NCBI GenBank assembly: GCA_965222075.1
Contig: OZ244937.1
Span: 3,712,001 to 3,776,000 of the forward strand
Source of the DNA: Candidatus Latescibacterota bacterium
GTDB lineage: Bacteria > Latescibacterota > UBA2968 > GCA-2709665
DNA length: 64,000 bases
Reading direction: 5' to 3'
Shown: positions 43,255-51,866 of the stretch, one piece after another
Layout of the letters: the number at the start of each line of letters is the position of its first letter
How positions within the stretch are numbered: position 1 is the stretch's first letter
Notes under the pieces: generated by a model
The model's database searches: none
What the model saw: only the letters and a program-made list of their open reading frames with translations
What the model was told of the DNA's origin: nothing
Program-made: the position numbers and the translations under genes

Positions 43255-45690
43255 TTACTCATCTCTCAACAAATCCACTGGATTTCTTATTGCCGCCTTT
43301 ATCGTCTGATAACCTGCACCCGCTAAAGAAATTATCAAAACCAAAGTTCCGCCGACAACGAATATCTCCACTTCCAGATCTATCCGATGCACGAAGCTCT
43401 CTAGCCACTTTTCTATTACGTAATAGGCGATGGGCCAAACGATAATATTCGCCACGATTACAATCTGGATGAATTCCCTTAAAAGTAAAGTAACAATACT
43501 GAGAACCGATGCACCCAGTAATTTCCGAATACCGATCTCTTTCGTACGTCGTGCAATGGAAAGAGCAATTAGTCCTAATGCACCGAAAGAAGCAATGAAG
43601 ATCGCAAAGAAGGAAGAATAGCCAATAATTCGTCCCCATCTTTTTTCCTCTTGATATTGTTGATGAATATGGTCATCGAGAAATAGAAAATCGAATGGAA
43701 GGTCTGGGTTTAATCGATGCCATTTATCTTTTAGTAATCCTAGAGCAGTTGGGATTCTGTCAGGGCGTATTTTAATATAGATATAATCTGGGGTAGAAGT
43801 GAGAGAAAATATCACAGGGGTGATTTCATGGTGCAAAGATTCATAGTAGAAATCTTCTACAACTCCGATAACCGGAGGATTACTTACAGTGGGATAACGT
43901 AGATCGGTTAGTGTAAGTCCCTCGATTTGTCTTTGGGTGGGGGAATTCCATTCGAACGTCTTTACCCATGCCTCATTTACCATCACTCCTTCTGCGCCAA
44001 AATCTCTAGAAAATTTCCGCCCTTCAACCAATCCAACTTCCATCATATCGAGATAATGATGATCGACCTTGTAATGATGGTAAACTACTAGCTGATCCTT
44101 GTGGCTGCGGGCGTATCCCGCAGAACCAGAGTTAAAGAGATGTGACGCGCCAGAAACGCCCAAAATATCATTATGCTGGGCCATTTCATTCTTAAAGATA
44201 TTCAGAATCCTTGCTTTTTTTGACATTTTTAGATTCTGTACAGGAATTACTATAATCTGTTCATCATTGAAACCCAAATTTTGAGTCCTCATATAATCAA
44301 CCTGTTTATACACAAATATACTGATAATAATGAAGAAGGTAGACAAAATAAACTGAACCACCACAAGAACTCGTCGCAGGTTATTTTTACCCTCGATTTT
44401 TAGTTCTCCTTTCAGCACGTTAACAGGATGAAATCCTGACAAAACAATAGCTGGATAGCTACCTGAAATGAAACCTACTAACAACATCAATCCGAACAGA
44501 CATATTAAGAATCCATTATCAATATAACCTATCGAGAGATTCTTTTGAATCAGATCGTTAAATATTGGTAAGATAATTTCAGCGATCGGAATTCCAATCA
44601 ACAATGCAAAAAAACTTAAAAGAAAGAATTCTCCCCAGAATTGTTTCATAAGTTGTATCCGTGTTGCACCTATCGCCTTCCGTATACCGATTTCCTTAGC
44701 CCGAGTTGAAAATCGTCCAATTGAAAGGTTTGTAAAATTTATACAGGCAATTAAGAGTACGAACAAGGCAATGCCTGACAAAATGTAAGAATAAATAGGA
44801 TTGCTTACCGGTTCCGGCCCCTGAATAGCCGTCGAAAAATGAACATCGGCGAGCGGTTGAAGACGTAAACGGGGGATATTTCCAATTTGACCAGGTTGCC
44901 GTAGATGCTTTTCAACCAGAGGCGGAAATTTGACTTCAATATCGGACGGACTAACATCCTCTAATAGGCGAATGTAAACTGAATTGTTGCTAGGATAGAT
45001 GCTCCAGCTGGTAATATCTAACCCAAAGAGATCTGTTAAGCGTTCATAAGATACAAGAAAGTCGAACCGAATAGTGGAATTCTCTGGAATATGTCTAGCA
45101 ACACCCGTCACAACAAACTCGTGGAACCTGTTGCCCTGTTCGGACGTTCGTTTAATCATTGGATGTTCAAAAACGAAGGATCGAATAGAAATTTGTTTGC
45201 CCATAGGGTTCTCACTGCCGAAATACTTCCTAGCGGCATCTTCGCTCAGAACGACGGAATTCTTGTCTTTCAACGCGATTTCGGGATTGCCTAGCTTCAA
45301 CGGGAAAGAAAAGATGTTGAAAAATGAAGCATCGGCAAAAAGCAACTTCTCATAAAACGACTGATCTCTGAAAGCGACCCATGTTTCCTGTTGCATTAAT
45401 CTAACAGCCTGTTTGATTTCCGGAATGTTTGACATCAATATCGGTGCCATAGGCATACGATGGCTTGCCAGAAGATACTGCTTGCCGTCTTCGTATTTAC
45501 CATCCTCATAGAGTCTGTAAATAGTATTCGCATGTTCGTGGAAGGTATCGTAGGTCCATTCATCTTGAACGAACAAGAATGTCAAAAGACAGAAGGCAAT
45601 ACCGATGGAAAGACCTAAGATATTGATAAAAGAGAACGTCTTATTCCGCATAAAGTTTCGAAAAGCAATAAGCAGATAGTTTCTAAACAT
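43255..45690 (-). CDS. MacB/FtsX-type ABC permease (duplicated-domain), AT-rich paralog
   Basis: MFRNYLLIAFRN, IACINF, RAKEIGIRK, RRTKEIGIRK, NPVDLLRDE. Confidence 0.92.
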   Translation of the reverse strand: MFRNYLLIAFRNFMRNKTFSFINILGLSIGIAFCLLTFLFVQDEWTYDTFHEHANTIYRLYEDGKYEDGKQYLLASHRMPMAPILMSNIPEIKQAVRLMQQETWVAFRDQSFYEKLLFADASFFNIFSFPLKLGNPEIALKDKNSVVLSEDAARKYFGSENPMGKQISIRSFVFEHPMIKRTSEQGNRFHEFVVTGVARHIPENSTIRFDFLVSYERLTDLFGLDITSWSIYPSNNSVYIRLLEDVSPSDIEVKFPPLVEKHLRQPGQIGNIPRLRLQPLADVHFSTAIQGPEPVSNPIYSYILSGIALFVLLIACINFTNLSIGRFSTRAKEIGIRKAIGATRIQLMKQFWGEFFLLSFFALLIGIPIAEIILPIFNDLIQKNLSIGYIDNGFLICLFGLMLLVGFISGSYPAIVLSGFHPVNVLKGELKIEGKNNLRRVLVVVQFILSTFFIIISIFVYKQVDYMRTQNLGFNDEQIIVIPVQNLKMSKKARILNIFKNEMAQHNDILGVSGASHLFNSGSAGYARSHKDQLVVYHHYKVDHHYLDMMEVGLVEGRKFSRDFGAEGVMVNEAWVKTFEWNSPTQRQIEGLTLTDLRYPTVSNPPVIGVVEDFYYESLHHEITPVIFSLTSTPDYIYIKIRPDRIPTALGLLKDKWHRLNPDLPFDFLFLDDHIHQQYQEEKRWGRIIGYSSFFAIFIASFGALGLIALSIARRTKEIGIRKLLGASVLSIVTLLLREFIQIVIVANIIVWPIAYYVIEKWLESFVHRIDLEVEIFVVGGTLVLIISLAGAGYQTIKAAIRNPVDLLRDE

Positions 45691-45949
45691 GTCGCTGCCC
45701 CCTCTCATCAGGATTGGCAATATGTATACTTGTGCTCTTTGCTGTAAACGCTTTCTGGATGAGGTATATTAGAAAGTTGTGGACGGGTACAGAAAATGAG
45801 CGTATCCTTGAGTATCAACAAAACCCAAAATCCCTCGGTCGAGGGAGATTCGAGACACCTTCCGGAGACGTCTTCACCTGAGCGCGCAGATGGCTCAGGC
45901 GGGCATCTGCGCCACCCTCCATCCCTCCGAAGAAAGGAGCACCAACCCT

Positions 45950-47002
45950 ATGCAAACCCTCTCCCAACAGGTCAGCCGTCCCGTCTACGACGACCTCGGA
46001 GCGCCCGAACCGATCGAACCGATCTTCGCCGAAGGCACCGACCCCACGCTCGAAGACTGGCAGGACCGGCGCGCGGTCCTGAAAGAACGCTGGAACGCGG
46101 TCCTGGGCACCCCCTCCCTGGACATTTTCGACACGCGCCCGGAAATCATCAACACCTTCGAACAGCCTGCATACCGGGCCACCGTATTCAAACAGCCCAC
46201 CGGACCTGACACCCGCCAGACCCTTCTGCTCATGGAACCCGGGCAGGCGGCCCATTCCCCCCGTCCCGGTATGGTCGTCCCCTTCTACCACCCGGACCCG
46301 ATGGCCGGCATCGACCTGGACACGCAGGAGCCCATCGCCGAAGACCGAAATATCCAGTTCGGCCGCCACCTCGTGCAGCAGGGAAACGTGGTGGTCTGCA
46401 CCGAAGCCTTCCCGTTCAACACCGTACCCGAACCCGCAGACAACAAAAGCTTTTCCTGGTGGCAGGCCGCCGCAGACAAACTGCTGAAAGACCATCCCAA
46501 CTGGACCGGCATCGCCAAACTCGTCTGGGACGCCAGCCGGGCCGTCGACCTCCTGCTGGACCAGCCCGACATCGACCGGAAACGAATCGGCATCATGGGA
46601 CACTCCCTGGGCGGAAAAATCGCCTTCTACACCGGCGCGCTCGACGAACGCATCCAGGCCATTGTCGCCTCCGACTTCGGCATGGGGTTCAACTTCACCA
46701 ACTGGGATGCCCCCTGGTACCTGGGCGACCAGATCCACCGCCCCGACTTCACCCTTGCCCACCACCACCTCCTGGCCCTGCACGCCCCCCGGTCCTTCTT
46801 CCTCTTCGGCGGCGAAGCGGACCGCCCTGCAACCTGGCAGTACATCAACGAAGCCAAAAAAGTCTACGCCCTCTACGGCAAACCGGACGCCGTCGGCTTC
46901 TTCGACCACGCCTCCGGCCACCGCCCCACCGGTGAATCGTTGAAAATCGCCTACCGCTGGCTGGCGGAACGGTTCGGGCTGGCGGAACAGCCGTGGGAGT
47001 GA
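45950..47002 (+). CDS. Alpha/beta hydrolase (dienelactone hydrolase/esterase-like)
   Basis: AAAGGAG RBS; RAVDLL, IGIMGHSLGGK, DERI, APR, GH. Confidence 0.85.
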   Translation: MQTLSQQVSRPVYDDLGAPEPIEPIFAEGTDPTLEDWQDRRAVLKERWNAVLGTPSLDIFDTRPEIINTFEQPAYRATVFKQPTGPDTRQTLLLMEPGQAAHSPRPGMVVPFYHPDPMAGIDLDTQEPIAEDRNIQFGRHLVQQGNVVVCTEAFPFNTVPEPADNKSFSWWQAAADKLLKDHPNWTGIAKLVWDASRAVDLLLDQPDIDRKRIGIMGHSLGGKIAFYTGALDERIQAIVASDFGMGFNFTNWDAPWYLGDQIHRPDFTLAHHHLLALHAPRSFFLFGGEADRPATWQYINEAKKVYALYGKPDAVGFFDHASGHRPTGESLKIAYRWLAERFGLAEQPWE

Positions 47003-47048
47003 CCCCTCCCCCGGCCCCTCCCCGAAACGGGGAGGGGAGAGCGTGCTC

Positions 47049-47210
47049 CTAAGAGGGTTGGGAGGTAGAGCGTTTCTTCAGTTGGGCCACGATACGACTC
47101 AGAACACCTTCAAAATTCTGTCTTATATCTTCATTCTGGATTCGTATAACCTTCAAACCACGAGATGCAAGAATACCATCACGTTCTGCAACAATATTTC
47201 TCTTCCTCAT
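47049..47210 (-). pseudogene. DUF559 copy with 231-bp in-frame internal deletion
   Basis: MRKRNIV is joined directly to AERDGILASRG; the catalytic core is missing. Confidence 0.8.
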
Positions 47211-47381
47211 CCTACAACCGTCACCTCCTCCGCCTTTCTCCCCCTTTCCTCTCAGGAAAGGGGGCCGGGGGGATAGGTCACTCAGTCCGATGGCTGGCAG
47301 AACAGTTCGGGCTGGCGGAACAGCCGTGGGAGTGACCCCTCCCCCAGCCCCTCCCCGAAACGGGGAGGGGAGAGGGTGCTC

Positions 47382-47774
47382 CTAAGAGGGTTGGGAGGTA
47401 GAGCGTTTCTTCAGTTGGGCCACGATACCACTCAGAACACCTTCAAGATTCTGTCTTATATCTTCATTCTGGATTCGTATAACCTTCAAACCACGAGATG
47501 CAAGAATACCATCACGTTCTGCATCGTACTTGACCTGCTGATGATGAACACCGCCATCCACTTCGATCACCAATCCAGCAGCATGACAGTAGAAATCCAC
47601 AATAAATCCATCAATGACCTGCTGCCGACGAAAGTGAAACCCCTCCAGTCGATTGGCGCGAAGACGTTCCCAGAGAATGCCCTCTTCTTCCGTCATCTGA
47701 CCACGAAGCATTCTTGCCCGCTTCACCTTATCCAGATCCACTCTCTGCCCAATAACAATATTTCTCTTCCTCAT
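47382..47774 (-). CDS. DUF559 (Vsr-like) endonuclease domain protein
   Basis: RARMLR..MT.EE..LW..LR, FRRQ..I..FIVDFYC, VIEVDGGVH, D.ERD..L...GLKVIR; GGAGGAGG RBS. Confidence 0.9.
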   Translation of the reverse strand: MRKRNIVIGQRVDLDKVKRARMLRGQMTEEEGILWERLRANRLEGFHFRRQQVIDGFIVDFYCHAAGLVIEVDGGVHHQQVKYDAERDGILASRGLKVIRIQNEDIRQNLEGVLSGIVAQLKKRSTSQPS

Positions 47775-47945
47775 CCTACAACCGTCACCTCCTCCGCCTT
47801 TCTCCCCCTTTCCTCTCAGGAAAGGGGGCCGGGGGGATAGGTCACTCAGTCCGATGGCTGGCAGAACGGTTCGGGCTGGCGGAACAGCCGTGGGAGTGAC
47901 CCCTCCCCCAGCCCCTCCCCGAAACGGGGAGGGGAGAGGGTGCTC

Positions 47946-48338
47946 CTAAGAGGGTTGGAAGGTAGAGCGTTTCTTCAGTTGGGTCACGATACCACTCAGA
48001 ACACCTTCAAGATTCTGTCTTATATCTTCATTCTGGATTCGTATAACCTTCAAACCACGAGATGCAAGAATACCATCACGTTCTGCATCGTACTTGACCT
48101 GCTGATGATGAACACCGCCATCCACTTCGATCACCAATCCAGCAGCATGACAGTAGAAATCCACAATAAATCCATCAATAACCTGCTGCCGACGAAAGTG
48201 AAATGCCTCCAGTCGATTGGCGCGAAGACGTTCCCAGAGAATGCCCTCTTCTTCCGTCATCTGACCACGAAGCATTCTTGCCCGCTTCACCTTATCCAGA
48301 CCCACTTTCTGCCCAATAACGATATTTCTTCTCCTCAT
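47946..48338 (-). CDS. DUF559 (Vsr-like) endonuclease domain protein, second intact copy
   Basis: Near-identical to 47382..47774; start MRRRNIV after the GGAGGAGG RBS. Confidence 0.9.
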   Translation of the reverse strand: MRRRNIVIGQKVGLDKVKRARMLRGQMTEEEGILWERLRANRLEAFHFRRQQVIDGFIVDFYCHAAGLVIEVDGGVHHQQVKYDAERDGILASRGLKVIRIQNEDIRQNLEGVLSGIVTQLKKRSTFQPS

Positions 48339-48405
48339 CCTACACCCGTCACCTCCTCCGCCTTTCTCCCCCTTTCCTCTCAGGAAAGGGGGCCGGGGGG
48401 ATAGG

Positions 48406-50820
48406 TCACTCATACCGCAGCGCATCCACCGGATTCGCCAGTGCAGCCTTCATAGACTGGGCGCCCACCGTCAGAAGGGCGATCCCCAGCGCCAGAACGC
48501 CGCATAGGATGAAGATTTCCGGTCCGGGATCAATCCGATACGCAAAGTCCTGAAGCCATCTGTTCATCACATAGTAGGCAGCCGGCCAGGCCAGCAGATT
48601 GGCAACCACAACAAGCTTTGCAAATTCTCCGGAAAGCAGGAGAACGAGGTTGGATACTGAAGCCCCCAGCACCTTACGGATACCGACCTCCTTGGTTCGC
48701 CGCGTTACGGAGAGAGACGCCAGCCCAAGAAGTCCCAGACAGGAAATCAGGATCGCAAACAGAAAGGTGTACCCCGTAATTCTGATCCATCGGTCTTCAT
48801 TCTGGTACTGGCGAACGAGATTATCTTCGAGGAAGGAATACTGAAACGGCTGGTCCAACGCGACAGCCTCCCACGTCTTCTTCAGAAAGGCGATAGTGCC
48901 GGCAATGTCCTCGGGCTGGATCCGGATCAGTACGAAAGGCCCATACGACCGGGGTCCAGTGTGCAGCAGCAACGGCTGAATTCCCCTGTGCAGGGAATCG
49001 ATATGGAAATCCCTTACAACGCCGATGACGGTCAGTTCTCCCAACTTCTCCCAGTCCAGATTTTTCAGGGTCTTCCCGACGGGATCCTCCCATCCGAGCA
49101 TTCCGGCCAGCTTCTCATTCACAAGCGCGAACGATTGTGGATCGGACGGGGATGTCGGTGAGAAATTCCGTCCTGCAACAAGCTGGATCTTCAGGGTCTC
49201 AAGATAATCGGGATCTACCCGGATGACCCGAACCCTTAGACGCTCGCCGTCTTCTTTTTCCATGCCTATGCCTCTGGATCCGGTCGTAAACGCCCGGTCA
49301 CTGATGGTTGCGCTGACAACCCGAGGAGATTTGGAAACTTCCACTTTGTACCGTTCGCTGACAGCGTCTGAATTCGCCACCATGGCAGGAACAACCACCA
49401 CCTGTTCTTCACGGTACCCCAGATCCTTTTCTCTCAGGTAGTTGAGCTGTTGGACCATCATCGCGGCGCTGATCATCAGTGCGATCGACAGAGCATACTG
49501 CACAACCACCAGCGCACGCGTACCCACGTTTCGCCCCCCAATCCGCACCTGGCCTTTGAGCACCTCTACCGCGTGGAGCCGGGGCAGTACTACGGCCGGA
49601 TAACTGCCCGCCGCAAGTCCTGCAATGCCCACCAGCCCCAGAAGCATGAGCGTTGTTCCCCAACTGTCCAAATAGGAAATGCTCAAATTCTTGCGCGCCA
49701 GATCATTGAAGACGGGCAGAAACATCTCGGCCAGAGCGATTCCCATCACCAGGGCAAACATGCTTAAAAGCAACGCCTCGCCCCAGAACTGCTGCATAAG
49801 CTGCCTCCGCTGCGCTCCCAGCACTTTTCGCATTCCCACCTCTCGTGCGCGTCCCACGGACCGGCCGACCGCCAGAGTCATATAATTGATACACGCGATT
49901 GCAAGCACCAGAAGCGCAAGCCCGGAAAGCAAGTAGGAGTAGACCACGTTGCCATTGGCTTCGTACGAACTTCTGACCTCAGAATTCAGGTAAACGTCCC
50001 GCAGCGGCTGGAGGCGCAGCAAAAACCCGTCCTCTGCGTCCCTCACGTGACCGTGCGTTTTGAACAACCCGATCCTGTCTCCCAGGTGCTTCTCGGCAAA
50101 GGGCGGAAACACCGCTTCCAAAGCCTCCGCATCCTGTCCTTCCACAAGCTGCACGTACATAGAGGCATTCCCACCACCCCAATCCGTATTCACAGCATAA
50201 TACCTGTGGTGTTCAATCGGGATCAGAAGACCGAATTTCAGGCTGGAGGTCTCGGGAACGTCTCGCATCACCCCCGTGACGGTAAAGTCCTGAGCTCTAA
50301 ACGACAGCGGTTTCCCCAGAGCCGCAGCGTAACCGTCTTCCAAATTTCCAAAGAGCTTGCGCGCGACCGTCTCGCTGATCACCACACCATCCGGCTGGCG
50401 CAGGGCCGTCGCAGGGTCTCCCGCCAGGAGTGGGAAGGAGAATATCTCCAGAAAGTCCGCGTCCACCAGGCCGAAGGATTCCCGAAAGGCGATCTCCTGA
50501 TATGAAACCTGCGTCCTGGAGCGCATAAATCCGCTCGCCCGGATAACACCCGGAAACTCCTCCCGTAGCGCTGCCGCAAGAGAAGCAGGGTGAAGCGTGG
50601 AAAACCTGACACTGCCATCAGGCCTGGTCTCCCGTACAATCACCCGAAAAATCCGGTCAGAATTCTCGTGGAAGGCATCGTACTGCCATTCGTGCCGGAC
50701 GAACAGGAAGATCAGAATACAACACGCAAGGCCGACCGCCAGTCCAAACACGTTGATGAACGCATACAGCTTCTGCCGGAGCACGTTTCGCACAGCCACG
50801 ATCAGGTAGTTTCGGAACAT
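48406..50820 (-). CDS. MacB/FtsX-type ABC permease
   Basis: MFRNYLIVAVRN...RAREVGMRK...RRTKEVGIRK...NPVDALRYE. Confidence 0.93.
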   Translation of the reverse strand: MFRNYLIVAVRNVLRQKLYAFINVFGLAVGLACCILIFLFVRHEWQYDAFHENSDRIFRVIVRETRPDGSVRFSTLHPASLAAALREEFPGVIRASGFMRSRTQVSYQEIAFRESFGLVDADFLEIFSFPLLAGDPATALRQPDGVVISETVARKLFGNLEDGYAAALGKPLSFRAQDFTVTGVMRDVPETSSLKFGLLIPIEHHRYYAVNTDWGGGNASMYVQLVEGQDAEALEAVFPPFAEKHLGDRIGLFKTHGHVRDAEDGFLLRLQPLRDVYLNSEVRSSYEANGNVVYSYLLSGLALLVLAIACINYMTLAVGRSVGRAREVGMRKVLGAQRRQLMQQFWGEALLLSMFALVMGIALAEMFLPVFNDLARKNLSISYLDSWGTTLMLLGLVGIAGLAAGSYPAVVLPRLHAVEVLKGQVRIGGRNVGTRALVVVQYALSIALMISAAMMVQQLNYLREKDLGYREEQVVVVPAMVANSDAVSERYKVEVSKSPRVVSATISDRAFTTGSRGIGMEKEDGERLRVRVIRVDPDYLETLKIQLVAGRNFSPTSPSDPQSFALVNEKLAGMLGWEDPVGKTLKNLDWEKLGELTVIGVVRDFHIDSLHRGIQPLLLHTGPRSYGPFVLIRIQPEDIAGTIAFLKKTWEAVALDQPFQYSFLEDNLVRQYQNEDRWIRITGYTFLFAILISCLGLLGLASLSVTRRTKEVGIRKVLGASVSNLVLLLSGEFAKLVVVANLLAWPAAYYVMNRWLQDFAYRIDPGPEIFILCGVLALGIALLTVGAQSMKAALANPVDALRYE

Positions 50821-50879
50821 GGAGATTCCCTCTCAAAAGACGTGAAATGTGAGAGGCTCACCACCCCTGGAAGAAGCCA

Positions 50880-50966
50880 GAACACCGGAGAAAGGGTGGA
50901 TGGGTCCGCCTTTCTCCCCCTTTCCTCTCAGGAAAGGGGGCCGGGGGGATAGGTCACTCATACCGC
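50880..50966. repeat. 87-bp direct repeat containing a solo right-end hairpin (copy 1)
   Basis: One mismatch to 51780-51866, exactly 900 bp away. Confidence 0.9.
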
Positions 50967-51006
50967 TGGCAGTCAGCGGTCAGGGCTCAGCGGAAATCGC
51001 TGCGTC

Positions 51007-51684
51007 TCACTCAGTTTGTTCATCCTTATCGATCCACCCGTCCAGCAGGTGAATCACCTTGCGACCATACGACGCGTTCTTCTCCGAATGCGTCGCCTGG
51101 ACAATCGTCGTCCCTCCCTGATTCAATTTCGTGAACAGCGCCATCACCTCTTCCCCCTGTGCCGAATTCAGATTCCCGGTCGGCTCATCGGCCAAGATCA
51201 GCTTCGGACTCGTGATCACCGCCCTGGCAACTGCCACGCGCTGCTGCTCCCCGCCGGAAAGCTGATTCGGAAACAGGTCTTTCTTCGCCACAATATTGAA
51301 CCGGTCCAGCATATCGCAAACCAGTCCCCTGCGCTCCGATCCCCTGACCTTCTTGTACAGCAGCGGCGTCTCCAGGTTCTCGTACACCGTCAACTCGTCA
51401 ATCAGGTGGTAACTCTGGAACACAAACCCGATATGGTGCTTGTGCAGATCCGTCCGCTTCCGCTCGTTCAACTTGTGCGTCGGTTCGTCGAAAAAGTAAT
51501 ACGCCCCATTCGACGGCTCATCGAGCATTCCCAGGATATGCAGCAGCGTGGACTTCCCGGCGCCCGACGGCCCCATAATCGAAACGAACTCCCCCTCCTC
51601 GATTTCAAGGTCGATATTCCTCAGCACGAAGGTCTTCACAAAACCCGTTGAGTAGTATTTCTCGATCTCTCGAAGCCGAATCAT
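51007..51684 (-). CDS. MacB/LolD-type ABC ATP-binding protein
   Basis: [25 protein letters not shown]; AAGGAGG RBS before ATG 51684. Confidence 0.93.
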   Translation of the reverse strand: MIRLREIEKYYSTGFVKTFVLRNIDLEIEEGEFVSIMGPSGAGKSTLLHILGMLDEPSNGAYYFFDEPTHKLNERKRTDLHKHHIGFVFQSYHLIDELTVYENLETPLLYKKVRGSERRGLVCDMLDRFNIVAKKDLFPNQLSGGEQQRVAVARAVITSPKLILADEPTGNLNSAQGEEVMALFTKLNQGGTTIVQATHSEKNASYGRKVIHLLDGWIDKDEQTE

Positions 51685-51779
51685 CGTGTGCCTCCTTAAG
51701 GCGCATGGCATTTGGTTAATTGGTATTTCAGCGATTTTTGAAACGGGTCGGACAAAGTGTGGAGAACGGATTCTTGCCT

Positions 51780-51866
51780 GAACACCGGAGGAAGGGTGGA
51801 TGGGTCCGCCTTTCTCCCCCTTTCCTCTCAGGAAAGGGGGCCGGGGGGATAGGTCACTCATACCGC
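51780..51866. repeat. 87-bp direct repeat containing a solo right-end hairpin (copy 2)
   Basis: Overlaps the stop codon of permease 51854..54226. Confidence 0.9.

Larger units (their letters stand above)
46952..48418. mobile_element. Tandem array of three DUF559 hairpin-ended units (333 + 564 + 564 bp) bounded by TACCGC direct repeats
   Basis: Units start at 46952, 47285 and 47849. Each is hydrolase tail + left hairpin + DUF559 + right hairpin. TACCGC at 46952-46957 and 48413-48418. Confidence 0.8.
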
